Positions 11,921-25,300 of a stretch of DNA of 64,000 nucleotides are shown one piece after another; the stretch's first letter is position 1, and every line of letters starts with the position of its first letter. Made by a program: the position numbers and the translations under genes. The notes beneath the pieces were generated by a model that was not told where the DNA came from, did not search any database, and worked only from the letters and a program-made list of their open reading frames with translations. This stretch comes from Marsupella aquatica (lineage: Eukaryota; Plantae; Marchantiophyta), in contig OZ316892.1 of the NCBI GenBank assembly GCA_973895155.1, positions 18,218,357 to 18,282,356 of the forward strand, written 5' to 3'.

Positions 11921-13437
11921 GGGCCTGGTTTTTACTATAGCAACACGACGGCTACAGTACACCGAATCTTGCGGAGAAAAGCGTGGTGGTGTTCCTGTTC
12001 TTTACAAAACATGGAACGGAGATCGAAGATGCGCGCATTCGGGCCCCGCCCCCTGCTTCAATTGACGGGAGCCCGCGCTGATCCTTTTGAGAAGGCGATG
12101 GATCTGCACTGATTCCGTTGCAGAAAGTTCGTAACAATCAAAATCTCGTTCTGGTCGGCTGCTGCTTTTGTTGGGATCTTTAGGTCATTATCATGTAACT
12201 CGTGAGAAAGCTCTGGTGCGCCAACTGGTACGCCGTGGTCTGCAGACGTACTGGTGGCGAATTTGTTCTGGGAACACGGATGGGACCCTGGTTTTGATAT
12301 CGCATTGTTCGCTGCGGCTGTATGATGGTGCGTTCCAATTCTTGCATTGGTCCTTTTTTTTTCGTCCTCTTGCGTTCAGAACCTTAGGACTGGCGTAATT
12401 TGCCAAACGAATCATTGATAGCTCACTGGTGAGTTAGAGGTTGGACTAAGAAACTGCATTTGTCGATGCTGAGTGAAAAGTGCCATGCACATTGTTGTTG
12501 AGGCCCCGTCTCAGGCAATGTATCATGTCAGGTGGTAGCTCCTAATCTCACTGCGCCAGTTTGTCTAATTTCACTGGCTTGTAAGTAAATGGAAATTAAA
12601 TCCCTGATCTGACCAGCATCGCAAAGGTCACAGTAAATTTCTCAGTGAACCCACGGTCGAAATTGGCTTTCGGCTTTCCACACGTCTTATTAATGCTGAG
12701 CTCTAAATTTGCACTACGCAGCTCGTCGCATGAGTTGGTAGTTTTGCTTGGCCTGTGCCGGTAATGAAGGTGATGAGCGCAGCACAGTCATGATCTGTTG
12801 TGCTGCGCTCATCCTCTCTACTCAGTTCTATGACATGTCGTTCATGAACTGATTGTGTTGTCATTGTGTATTGACCTTATAATGGCTGGTCACTGCTAGG
12901 CTTTTGCATTTGAGGAATAATTGTCGGTTAAGACGAGAGGAGTGACTATTTCGGCGAGGGCCAGCTTAGATAGAGCTTTGGTGACCAGAATTATTCAATG
13001 TTAAATAACTGATAAATGTTTCTTGGGTCGGGTGCTATGAATGTGGTTTAGCGACCGCAGTTCTAGAATCCTAGGAAGAAGAGTTGGGGACCGATTACGA
13101 GCAAGTAAAGTAGTTCGGAAATGAAAGTGCCATTCTTGCCGTTCGAAAGGGTGAAAAAGCTTATGTATTGGGTGATTGATGGAGGCTGCGCTGTCACATG
13201 AACAAGACAAAGGAGAATGCTGTTCCGGTGAAGAAACAGTCTGGGTTTTTGGCGAATAGAGAGAAGGTTTCCGCATAGTGAGCAAATGGCAGTCAAATGA
13301 GCACAATAAAGTTTTGTAAGATTCTATGCCGTCCTCTACATAATATTCGTTAGCAGCACCGACAGATCTTGTTCGTGCCTGCCTTCAGATTTCTCTCGCA
13401 TTTGAGCTGACGAGCGACAGTAAAGGCTGTGAGGGAG

Positions 13438-15719
13438 ATGGAGGAGCAAATGTGGAGGAAAAGGAGGACAATGATGATGTGGGCAGCAGGAGGGTTGCGA
13501 TTACTGCTTGTAGCGTATGCTGAATGGCACGATGCTCACATGGAGGTGCCCTATACGGACATAGATTACTACGTGTTTTCAGACGCTGCAGCATTGGTGA
13601 CGCAGGGAAAGTCACCGTTTGACAGATCCACATACCGTTACACTCCGTTGCTGGCCTTCATATTGCTGCCGAATATTTGGATTCATCGGTGCTGGGGCAA
13701 GCTTCTATTTTCCGCCGCTGGTTTGCACCCACCATTTGACCGGTTTGGGTTCTCTGTTGCTTAGATTCATCCTAGAGAACAAAGGGATCTAATGAGCGAC
13801 ATTTTGAGTCAAAAGTACTGTGTTAGACGGAGAACTCAGGGCCGTCAAAGCTAAGGTTAAAATCAACAACTGTGAATGGAAGTGCTTCGGTAGTGCGTTG
13901 GTCTAAACAGCGGCATGGGACAGAGTGTTTATGAAAGAAAAGAAGCCAATTGACATGAGGATTTCCAGTTAAAACAGAGTAGTAGTTTCACGAAGAAAAG
14001 GAGGGAGCCAGGAGTTGAGATCAAAACTTGAAAGAACAATTGACGATAGAATTTGAATGGATAGACGGAATTTATTGAGTTTTATGAATGGGTCCTGAAA
14101 ATGTGCAGATCTGTTGGTTGCCCACATGATATGCAAAGTGTTAAATCTGAGAAAGTTCTCAGAACGACATTGTGCTATATGTGTTGCCACATGGCTCTTC
14201 AATCCGTTCACATTTGCAGTGGGCACACGAGGAAATTGTGAAGCCCTAGTCTGTGCAGTGATTCTCTGGCTCCTTGTCTGCCTCATGACAGGTGAGTATT
14301 TTGGAATTTCTCAACCCCTGTTTGTCCTTCTGAAGACACCTGGATCCAATTTTTTCTGTCAGCCCTAAGAGAACTTAGACAATGATACTACTGTTGAGAG
14401 ATTCAAATTTAGTCTCTAATTTCTGGGCGTGTTTCTTTCTTGAAGTCGGTTTCTGTAAGATGTAAAGGACGACACAATTTTCTGCCAAAAGTGATAGAAT
14501 ATTCGAGGAGGGATAGCACGTTGTCCCTTTTAGACCTGTCTGCGTACCTTGTAATCCGTTTCGAAAACAGAAGTGAGAGTTATTCACGTTCTCACGGTGT
14601 CAGCAATAGCTCATTGACCTTAAACACATTGCTTGGCTGTGACAAGGTTTACCTTCTAGTACTTCGAGTTAGGTCGTGATGCCTATAGAGGAGGGTTTCC
14701 CATTAGATCATTTGAGGCATGCAGTTAACACTGTACAGCTGTCAGGCCGGTTGTTGCAGGCTGCTGTTTGGTTTGGAGTTGTGGTTCACGTTCGAATATA
14801 TCCTATCATATATGCGCTTCCCATTTTAGTTATCCTGGACAATGATTATGGGCAGATATACAAGAATTCCCATGTTCGTTCCAAAGGGAACACAGGAGTG
14901 GATAGCGGGTCCACTTCTACTTCACAAAGGTTTTGTCAATTCCTCAAACTCTTAATCAATTGGAGAAGAGTAGTCTTTGGTGGCGTATCTGGTGGTATTT
15001 TCTTCACTTTATGTGGGGTCTTCTACTATGTCTACGGCATGCAGTATCTACAAGAATCGTTGTTGTACCACCTTACACGAAGTGATCACCGCCATAATTT
15101 CTCCATTTATTTCTACTCCATTTACCTAAACGAAGATCTGGGCTTAACGGCTATCCAGCGGCTCCTGGCATTTGCACCCCAAATGGCGGTACAACTGGTT
15201 TTAATATGCTTCTTCGCAAAAGACCTGCCATTTTGTCTCTTCGTGCAGACATTTGCATTCGTCGGTTTCAATAAGGTTTGTCTCGTAACCCGCGCATATT
15301 TAAACTGATCTTTGTGTCTCATTTCGCTTTGTAAATGTTGTGATTAGTCGATGTTATGTGCTAATGTCTTGCGGATTTTGGACCATACTGTGCTTCAGGT
15401 GATCACTGCACAATATTTTGTGTGGTATTTTTGCCTTTTGCCTCTCATCCTGCCTTACACAACGCTGAGGCTATGCTGGAAGGGAACGGTGATCATGACC
15501 ATCTGGACAGGGGCACAGCTGCACTGGTTGGCTTGGGCATACCTGCTAGAGTTCAAGGGGAAGAACGTGTTTTTACCTCTTTGGATCGCAAGTCTTATCT
15601 TCTTTGCAGCCAATATTCTTGTGTTGTTCAAGGTTATTGCTTATCACTCGTTTTGTCCGGTATTGTCCCAAGGTAGACTTGTCCACCTTCATGACAAAGA
15701 TTGGAGTAAGGAGGAATAG
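13438..15719 (+). CDS. PIGM: GPI mannosyltransferase I (PIG-M / Arabidopsis PEANUT1-type), 4 exons: 13438-13720, 14109-14291, 14746-15275, 15399-15719 (438 aa)
   Basis: Diagnostic motifs YTDIDY.VF.DAA (catalytic DXD), [14 protein letters not shown]...TRGN.E, H.RIYPIIY, YHLTR.DHRHNFS.YFY, F..FNKV.TAQYF.WY; GT-AG junctions keep the frame. Confidence 0.95.
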
Positions 15720-17163
15720 AGTCTCTAAGGCAGAGCAGTTTTGTTGCTGCCTGAGGCGCTTTGGAGAACACAATGGTCCTATCATTTCTGTCATCTCATC
15801 TACAGAGAATCAGAGAATTTATTTGAAGTCCATGGAACCAAGTGGACCATGGATACAACTTCAAGGAGTCAAGGACTAGGATAGGTCGAAAGCAGGTGCA
15901 ACAGCCTTACAAAGTTGTGTAATTCATGCAATCACTAACGGATCAGATGACATTCCAAGGGATAAGTGAATGAGAATTTGAGAGGGACAGTTAGGGAAAG
16001 GGCAGCCGAGTAAAACTGAGTGGTCTTCGCTCGAGATGCATCAAGGGACGTCAGTTGAATTCCATTCACAGTTCGCGTTCAGGTGTGTTTTTTGCTAGCT
16101 CGCTATTTATTCCTTGCTTGTCGATCAGCATTGTCATTGTCCATTGTTTAGGCTGGTGCATTGGTGTAAATTGTTATACGCAAGAAGAAATGTGAGGGCG
16201 TATTACTCATGTGCTAGTATTGAGCATCGTAATGTTTGCTTCGAGTTCAATTTTCTGGGAATTGTACACTGATTTTTCATTACCAGCTTCCTCCTTGCTA
16301 TAACACTCTGCATTGATGATGTCTTAAGTTGAATTTGTCACAGAATACACTGCAGTGTTTTTGATCCAGGATAACCATTCAACAAAGAGGGTTCTGGGAT
16401 TGGTTTTATGCAACATCGGATCCAAGAAATCGCCACTGGGAAAAAATCAAAGAGAATTGAATCTAGCATGTGTTCATTCCTTGAGAATCCAGCCTAAAGT
16501 GATTCCATATTAGCATGAAAATAAGGAGGTTTGTGAGGTGATAACAATGCCCTAGCAGGTCCTCCCAGGACGAGTTTCGGAGGTGAGAGTTGAGAGGACG
16601 GGAAATTTCTCGAAATGAACCTACCCTAACATTTTAAATGATGACAACTGATAATGACCTTCGTTGAAGTTGAAGCAGATGGCACAAGACACCTGAGACT
16701 AAAAATATGGACAGAACGCTCAACAGTTACACCAAAAACATCTAGGATGTGCACCTAGCCTCTCATAGAGATAATTAGGAAGTGGGGAAGAGGTCAAAAA
16801 GCCACTCGTAACTGTGGTAAAAAGTTGATGCACTGAATAGGCGGGGTTCGCACCTAGCCACTCCTAGAAGTCAAGAGATGGTGTTGCACCCAGTGAGGAT
16901 TTGTGCAAGGTGCAACACACACATGGCCGATTCAACTGAATGCACTAATTGGTAACTGCTATTTTCTAAGCATGTTCCAAGTAATTGCTTTTATTTGACT
17001 CTCTTATTCAGTAGAAGTTGTCTCACTCATGGATGTGTAGTGCACTAATCGAGTATTGAGGGGCTGCTGTAACTGTGTGATAACTTGCAGTTATCATGAG
17101 GTTTCACTTTCAGGTTGCACTTGTTGAGTACTCACTCTAGTTTGGCTCTCCACATTACACTCG

Positions 17164-17390
17164 TGAAGAAAAGGGTTCTTGACACCTTTTACTAAATCAT
17201 GAATGAATGACCAAAGAACACATGGTGGGCCTCGCATTAAATAACTTGTTGGATACACTCAGCAAGTGGGGCACCCATGGGGCCAGATGCCAAACCAAGA
17301 ACCTAACAACAGCTTCCAAGAACAATGCAACAACTTGTAAATAATTTTATACAGCTACATGGAGCGTAAATCCTAAGTAGAATTCCAACA
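17164..17390 (-). repeat. 3' LTR of the old Copia element
   Basis: Minus strand reads TGTTGGAATTC...TTCTTCA; preceded by the PPT at 17391-17406; homologous to 22453-22665. Confidence 0.9.
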
Positions 17391-17479
17391 CCCCCCCTCG
17401 CCCCTTAAGCTGTCATAGAATCAGGGAAGGAGTGATCAACACAGAATTGACAGAATGGTCACAGAATTATCTCTATGAA

Positions 17480-20400
17480 GATACATCTTTAATACCAATA
17501 GCAATGCGATGTTGCCTAAATTTGAACCAAGATAGAGCCTTGGTTAAAATATCTGCCGGCTAGCTGGTGGTCAGTCGATATGTATTGCAGTGTAATTTCC
17601 CCTAACAAGACTCTTTCTCGAATATAATGATGGTGAACTTCAATATGTTTAGTCCTAGCTTGAAAACAGGATTCTCAGCTAGTTTGATGGCTCCTTGATT
17701 ATCACAATGGACAGTGCGAGCAGAACTAGGAAGAGCGGATAAAATATCACTATCTGCGCATTGAAGTGGTACAGAGGCAGATGGTAAAATGTCCAGTTCC
17801 TGTAAAGACGGTGCATATAGACAGCTTCTTGAGCACCAGAGGACAAAGATAAATTTTCGGACTCAGTGGAAGATCACGGTGTGGTAGCCTGTCGTTTAGA
17901 AGTCCAGGCAACCGGGCTGGAACCAAATGTAAAAATGTAGCCACCAACAGACTTGCGAGTAGAAGGGCAACCAGCCCAATGAGCATCCGTATAACTTGTG
18001 AAGGTAAGATTTGACTTTCAAGGGTGCAGAATACCAAAGTCAATAGTGTGCTTGATGTATCAGAAAATATGTTGAGTAGTTTAGTTGTAGATGATCCATT
18101 TTGGGATGCTGCATGAATCAACTCACCATGCTGACAGCAAAGGCAATGTCAGGCCTAGTGTTGGTAAGATAAATGAGTTTTCCAACCATCCGACAATAAA
18201 GCTCTGGATCAGCATCAGGTGCTGAAGAATCTGCTGAAAGAGTCAACCCAGGGGGAAGAGGAGTAAAAGCAGCTGTACAATCTATCAGTTTAAATTCCTC
18301 TAGCATTTCGAGACAATAGCTTTTCTGATGCATCGTGATGCCATGCTCTGAAGTCTCAAATTCAATGCCTAGATATTTGCGAACAGGGCCTAGGTCCTTG
18401 ATACTGAATTTAGCTTGTAAGGCAACCTTGAGCTCAACAATCTTGGACACACTAGTGATAAAAAAAATTCATCCACGTGAATAAGGATGAGAGCGATGGT
18501 AGCAACAACCTTATAATAATAGAGATTTTTTTGTCCCATGAACTTAGTTGCCAGCCCAGATCTTGTAGGACCGAGTCCAAAGTCTCATACTAGGCCCGGG
18601 AGGATTGTTTCAAACCGTTGAGATTTATTGCGGAACAAACTTAGTGCTCAGCACTAGGAATAACAAACCCTCACCTGGAGGTTGTTTCATATATATACAT
18701 TCAGTTAACTTGTTGTTAAGATATTAAGCAGTGTCCACATCCATGTGGAAAGTGGTCCAACCTTGGGAGGCAGCAACGACAGTCATGACACGTAAAGTGG
18801 ACCACTTAACAATTGGAGCAAAAGTGTCAAAGAAATCAATGCCATGCCTTTGATAGTCCCCACGAGCAACAAGCCAGGCCTTTAGACGAGCATGAGTAGG
18901 GCTGATGGATTTTCTTTTATAGACCCATTTGCAGGGGATAGCCAATTTCCAAGAGGAAGGTGAACAAGAGTCCCAGTCTGTCGTTTATGTATGGACATGA
19001 TTTCTTCTTCCATGGAAGCATACCATTGGGGATGAGAGAGAGCTTTATGGAGGCTGATGTTATCACTGATGGGATCATCGGTCTCAATAGCACATGTGTT
19101 GATGTCAGTGGAAGTTGGAGTATGTAGCCCTCCATGCAAACATTGGGCTTGATGATTTGCCCAGAACTGCGATGTGGAGGAGAGGAAATAATGGGAGCAG
19201 GAACAGGTCAGGAAGGGGGAAAGGAAGATGAAGAAATATAAAAAATAACAGGCGATGTAGACAAAATGGTGGGACTTATTGAGGAAGGAAGAGATTCTGC
19301 GGCAAATACATCAAAGAATATGAGGGAAGGGGCAAACGATGACACCTTAAAATGTTGTTGTCAAATTGAACATCACAACTGATTAGGATCTTATTCTTCT
19401 CAGGAGAGAAACAACGATAGCCTCTCGTCTGCTTATCATAGCCCACAAGAAGAGCAGTATGAGACTTGATGTCAAGCTTGGTCCGCAGGTCATTGGGAAT
19501 ATGAACTGTTGGCGGGAACCCGGGTTCCTACCACGAATTCTGGCCCTCAAAGGACTTATTTATTTCTTTTCTGAGTGGCAAAATCCAGAAGCTAGTGCTC
19601 CAACAAGATTTGAACACAAATCCTCCTGATTGCAAGGCAGGACTCTGAACCACTGGGATAACCTAGTGATATGATTAGTTTGTGGTTGATTTTATACTTA
19701 AATTGTTTTAAAAGTCTTTATAACAGTGCAAACACAAGTTCCACACATGCGATTGTCACGCGAGTCCAAGTCGCCATGCGAGCAAAATGACAAACGACTA
19801 TTAAATTTTACGGGGAGCACAGTGTACACAGTCATAACGTAAACTCAACTTACTATGACTCTATGAGTGCTTGGAGCAAGGTGGACGCTGCAGAAGATGT
19901 TGTTCTTTGATCTGTGACAAATCTGAGTTTGATCCACTCTCGGGAAGGATATACTTCAGTGGAAATTGAGATACTTTGCTTCACATTGTTTCGGTTAATC
20001 ACGTAAACACAAGGGCAATGTGTGCAGCATGAACGAATGCATGCCAGCCCGAGAAGCTAGGGCACCTTGCTGTGGGAGAAGCTTTGCGGTCGCCGTCTGC
20101 TGGATTCCTGGAGCTATGGTGATCCAGATTTTTGACAGCCCTCTACTGGGGAAGCTGCAATGGCATTCGTTCTCTTGGAGAAGCTATGGCGGTGACCCTT
20201 TGGAGAAATCAGCTGGCAGTCTCAAACAGTCTATAAGGGCCCAATGTCAAGCTTCGATGGCGGCGAGACAGTCTAATCACAAAAATGTCAAGCCTGAACC
20301 CCACAAAAATGTCGAGCCTGATACAAAACGTTGCAGCAGGAAGTGGAGACTGAAACAGGCGCAATGTGTACTACCGGGGCTTTGAAACATTCCGTGGCGT

Positions 20401-22290
20401 TTTGGGTATAATAGGGCGCTGCCCTCACCCTTTTGGTCCCGACCCCCTAACAGCTTCGTGGCGGGCTTCGGGTTCCAATGGGAACCCGGGTGGTTCCCGC
20501 TAATAGGTTCATTATTATGTGGATAAGAAGTACAACCAATGATCCAGAGATGTTGGGCTTATGCCCAAATAATTTAATGTATGGAGAACTGAATGCAGAG
20601 CTCGGGTAGATGAATGATTGAAGAGATAGTTGGCCCTGTGGACCATTTCTTCCTAAAGAAATTGAGGAAGCTATGTCTCAAACATAAATTATGTGCCCCT
20701 TCAAGGAGGTCCAATTCTTCCGCTCACTAATGCCGTTTTGATGAGGAGTGTATGTTGCCGTAAAATGTGAATGAATCCCATGGACAGTATAGAAGCGGTT
20801 GAACTTATGGGAGTTATATTCCCCTCCCCTATCAGAACGTAAACAGCCAATGTGAGCCTGAAATTGATTCATAACTAAGGAACAAAAAACTTGAAATTCA
20901 TAGAATACCTCAGATTTACACACTTGAAAATATACCCAAGAGTACCGAGTAAATCCATCTGTGAAGGTGACAAAATACCAGGCCCCATAAATAGATGGAA
21001 TAGAAAAAGGTCCAGAAACATCACTGTGCACTAGCTCAAAGGGACGAGTGGTGTGGGTCCGACATTTCATGGGAATCCTTTCTCGGTCTGCTTGGCATGG
21101 ATGCACATGGAACAGAGAAGTTTGACATGAGGAAGGTGAGGAAGACCTTTGACTAATCCATGAGGAGACATGTGGTGCAATTTTTAGAAATTTATGTGCC
21201 CCATACATTTATGTCACATATCAACATGAGTAGATAGAAGCGAAAGTGATTGAACAGGGGAAACTGGAGGAACATGCGGAAAAGTAGATTCCACCTGATG
21301 GCACAAAAGATGAACTAAGACGTGATGACAAAAATAAAGAAGACAAAGAATTAGGGGGAACTACAGATTTGTCAGGTGGACCTCAATCCAAACGATAAAA
21401 ATGATTGGAAGAATCACGAGAGCCAATGAGAAAATCTTCTTAGCTTTATCCAACACAATGCAACGAGTGGAATTAAAATACACAATGTGGCCAAGATCAG
21501 CGAGCTTGCCAACAAAAAGTACACTTTTGCAAGTACACGGCACGTACAAAACATTTGAAACATATTTATTCTCATTGAAATGGATGCCCCCCTTGCCCTT
21601 GATGTCCAAAGCTGATCCCCCAGCAGTGGTCACGGTTGAGCGAGTAGACATCGGTACATAGTTGGAAAGAACATGCTTCTTTCCGGTCGGGTGAATGCTA
21701 GTGCCAGAATCAAGAAACCAATACTCATTAGGTTCTGTTTGATCTTAGAGAGATTACTTTCAATCGCCTAATCTCCAAAGACACCCTCATTGAAAGCGCC
21801 TTCATCAACATCAACAAATATTGATCAACATCAACAAATCTGAGGGGGGTTTCATCCTGGGAATGATTTATGACTGCCACAAGAAGCTCCACCTTTGTAG
21901 TAGAATTTTGAAGGACGTCTGCCATCTTTGGACTCAGACATATGCCGTCTGACCAGGGTATTAGCACCATATGCTCTCTTCAGCTTAGACCACAAAACTG
22001 TGGGATCTTGAACCATTGTAGAGTGACTCATAACAATATTCAAGATTGTTGAGGTAATTAAGAACATTGCTTTGCGCTTCCTGCTTTGTAACTCAGCACG
22101 GGTTGGAGGTTCCTTGACTAGCTTCTTGATCGTCAGACCCCTCCTCCTCAGATTCATGTGCCTCATCTTCTCCCTTCACAACATTCCATAGATTCTTCTC
22201 CACTAGAATCTGCTAAATAAGTAAGGACCAGATGGGGTAGTTGGACCCATCAAGTTTCTCTTCCTTGGTGTTCATGTAACAAAACTCCAT
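17480..22290 (-). pseudogene. Copia gag-pol pseudogene (many stops and frameshifts)
   Basis: Fragments: WFLDSG (PR), ELVHSDVSGPF / LRSDRGGEY / PHQNGISERKN (IN), CKWVYK...KAWLVARG...FDTFAPIVKW...HMDVDTA and KDLGPVRKYLGIE...TRPDIAFAV (RT), CDNQGAI...KHIEVHHHYIRE (RH). Confidence 0.9.
19507..20522. mobile_element. Non-autonomous insertion of about 1 kb nested in the old Copia integrase C-terminal region
   Basis: Interrupts the conserved GCTSY|VHIP peptide; ends carry inverted repeats (tgttggcgggaacccgggttcc ... ggaacccgggtggttcccgctaata); no coding capacity. Confidence 0.72.
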
Positions 22291-22435
22291 TGTTCCTTGA
22301 TTCACGACTACATCAGGTCTCACTTTGTCTTTTAGCTGTAGTTTGTAGTTAGGACTCATGAGACACTCTCTTAGTTATCCTATGCACTCAACTAATGTCC
22401 AGGCACTTGCTCCTGACACATAATACATACTCAGG

Positions 22436-22447
22436 GCTCTGATACCA
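22436..22447 (-). promoter_or_regulatory. Primer-binding site complementary to the 3' end of initiator tRNA-Met
   Basis: Minus strand TGGTATCAGAGC, a few bases inside the 5' LTR boundary. Confidence 0.9.
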
Positions 22448-22452
22448 TGTAT

Positions 22453-22665
22453 TGAAGAAAAGGGTTCTTGACACCTTTTACTGAATCATGAATGAATGAC
22501 CAAAGAACACAAGGCGGGCCCCACATTCAATAACTTTCTGGATACACTCAGCAAGTGGGCACCCACTGGGCCAGATGCCAAACCAAAAATCAAACAAAAG
22601 TTACCAAGAACATGGAACAACTTCTAAGTACAAAGGAGCGTACAATTCTAAGTAGAATTCCAATA
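22453..22665 (-). repeat. 5' LTR of the old Copia element
   Basis: Homologous to 17164-17390 with many substitutions and indels; terminal TG mutated to TA. Confidence 0.88.
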
Positions 22666-22949
22666 CTCAGGGTATACATAATTATGCCATTAGAGAGGTG
22701 TCTGCCGTCAGTGCCTTGTCCCTAATTCTCCTGGCTTTTTTTTAGCAAGGGTGCAGACCTTGGCCCACTTCCTACTTTGCACACCGCTCCGCAGACCGAT
22801 TTGAGGATTGTGCCCTAGTTAGTGGAGGTAGAGTTTTCTAGGAACTGGAGATTTTGGACATGCAATCCAATCCACAACATTTCCATCATGAGAAACTTTA
22901 GTGGAAGCGCTTATATGAGACTCCCTAACATGGGAAAACGAAGGGAGGT

Positions 22950-23990
22950 GACATGGATGGTAACCCATGGCCCCAAGGAGGTTATGGGTTGTAATCCCCA
23001 AGGGCAGTGAGTCAGCGGGTTTCCAGCCATGGCCCCCAAGTGGCCAGATGCTAACAAGCAGAACCCCCTCCTATAGTTTTTGCTTCATTTTTCTATGGAT
23101 GGATATGATTCATAACCCCTACCAGCCTGGTCCAGGGGTTATCAGATTTAGGCCCCAGTGACTAGCCCACCTCAAAGGTGATTAGAATTCAGGTGCCATT
23201 TTTAGTCCAAATGAAACAAATCTACCCTCAAGAGTTGCACTTGTTACCCCATGGCCACTCCGAGTCCATGGCTGTAACCTCCTCAGGGCCACCTTCCTTG
23301 GGGATTACATCCATAACTCCCTTGGATCCATGGATTACCCTACACCATAAACCCCTCTTGTAGTTTACATGTAGGGTACCGTTACCCCAGGCCCACCCTC
23401 AGGCCCACCATTTTTGGGGATTACATCACATAACCCCTTGGACCAATGGGTTGCCCTACATTGTAAACCCCTCCTGTAGTCTACATGTAGGGTACCGTTA
23501 CCCCAGGCCCACCCTCAGGCCCACCATCCTTGGGGATTACATCACATAACCCCTTGGACCAATGGGTTGCCCTACATTGTAAACCCCTCCTGTAGTTTAC
23601 ATGCAGGGTGCTCATTTTCCCAGGCCCACCATCCTTGGGGATTATATCTCAAATTTGTAAGAAATTGTCGGCTCAAAGTAGACAACAAATGCAGAACATG
23701 AGAGAGACACTTGATCCCATGCTACACCGAAGAGGCACCACAAGCAAAGAAGCTTGTGAGAGATCCATAATATATGAAAGTACATGTGAAGAATGAGGCA
23801 TAGAATGCTCTCCTTCAACCTACACCCCTAGGGGGCCGAGATGCGTTTGCCTAATCTAAGCGGATCTTATCCTACTGTAATCAAGGGTTAACTAACCCCA
23901 GTATGAGTCAAATCCTAACACCCATAACCCCTTGGACCCATGGGTTACCCTACGCCATAACCCCTCATGTAGTTTACGTGTAGGGAACCC
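22950..23990. repeat. Tandem repeats of about 120 bp (23285-23645) plus inverted and dispersed copies of a gggattacatc.cataaccccttggacc motif; probably a non-autonomous transposon interior
   Basis: gggattacatcacataaccccttggaccaatgggttgccctacattgtaaacccctcctgtag repeats directly; an inverted copy lies at about 22954-23003 and a direct copy at about 23920-23985. Confidence 0.8.
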
Positions 23991-24880
23991 ATCTTTGGTA
24001 ATGGGATTTAAGCCCAGAGAGCGCCAATCCCAAGTGGGTTTGGGTTACTCTCATTATTGATCCCCAAGTGGGGATGAGTTAACCAACGTGAAGCCTAAGC
24101 GCATTTTTGAACCACTCACTTCATTTTTACATTGACATAAATGAAGTGTGGTTAAAAAATGTGCCACATGCTCTCTATTGTATTTCACATTCAATTTTGA
24201 GAATCCTTGGGCCAGGCTGGCATAGGGGTTTTGTGGCTTCACCTGGGGTAATGCTTCATGACCATGTATAGACATACAAAGAAAAAATTCACAAGGCCTT
24301 TACACTAGTTCAAACCGTGGTCAAGAGTCAACGGGACGCTGCACCAGGGGTAATGCCTCATCATAATGTGTAGACACTAGCCCAACAACCCGTTCTTTGA
24401 ACATAAATAGAGATAAGGATAAAAAAGTGTTAACCCTTGATGACAACAGCTGACCAAAGCGCGGGGCTGTTTCACCATAGCCCTCTACCCTTGATGACAC
24501 CAACTGACCTCTTCATAGGTGGCCTCCCTAATCCGTTGACTCGCTTCACATGCGGCACCTACTCCACCAACTCTCTTCACAGGCAGCCCTATTTTCAAAT
24601 GTGGCGCACTACTCCCAGCACTACTCCACCCCCATCCCCATTTTTATCGCCCCCTTAGTCACGGTGTATGGGCTTCAGTCTAGACCAAGGCCTTCAAAGT
24701 AGCTTCACATTGTGATTTAATAATATAATTTTACTTATAAAGCGCAAACCCCAACCTAGAGGTGGGGTCTAGGCTTCTAGAGTGACCGGAACTCTATGGT
24801 CCATCACATGGATGGGTATCATATATGTCAAATAATGATCATGTATGCTATTTGTCAATCATGGTTTAGGGCATTGAGGC

Positions 24881-25025
24881 TCGTATGAAGAAAAGAATTC
24901 AAGAAAAGAAGTCAGGAGGGGTTTAGTCTAGTTCGAACCGTGGTCAGGAGTTCGTATAAAGAAAAGAATTCAAGAAAGAAGTCAGGAGGGGTTCAGGCTA
25001 CTGTAGTTCGAACCGTGGTCAAGAG
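24881..25025 (+). repeat. Tandem duplication of about 70 bp upstream of the small plastid-protein gene
   Basis: tcgtat.aagaaaagaattcaagaaa.gaagtcaggaggggtt...tagttcgaaccgtggtca.gagt occurs twice. Confidence 0.85.
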
Positions 25026-25300
25026 TCGGTGGGACGCCGCACCGATGATGGGTTTGTAATGAGCATCTGCCAGAGCAACACCCTTTCCTCTCTCGACTGT
25101 CGATCGAAGATACCGATCGAAGAACCACTGCACCTTAATAAACCCGCGTTCCCACAGATGACGGGCCCGAATTGTGGAACGCACGCTCTGTCTCCTTGGC
25201 TCCGATTTCCTTCGTCGGAATCGCACTACAGTCGAAAAGAGGAGAGCGCATCAAGTGATCAAACTAGCGAGTGGTAGAAAGCTTCACCGAGCTGCGAATC

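Larger units (their letters stand above)
17164..22665 (-). mobile_element. Old, degenerate full-length Ty1/Copia LTR retrotransposon
   Basis: Two diverged LTRs (17164-17390 and 22453-22665), PBS TGGTATCAGAGC, PPT AAGGGGCGAGGGGGGG next to the 3' LTR, and fragmented gag-PR-IN-RT-RH peptides in Copia order. Confidence 0.93.

Noticed and set aside
19597-19666. Functional tRNA gene
   Set aside because: The acceptor stem does not pair and it lies inside a TE; at most tRNA-derived
17159-22670. Target-site duplication of the old Copia element
   Set aside because: The flanks (actcg and ctcag) do not match; too decayed to call
23285-23645. CRISPR-like periodicity (also at 11530-11920 and 3682-4505)
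   Set aside because: Eukaryotic DNA; units repeat in full without unique spacers; no cas genes
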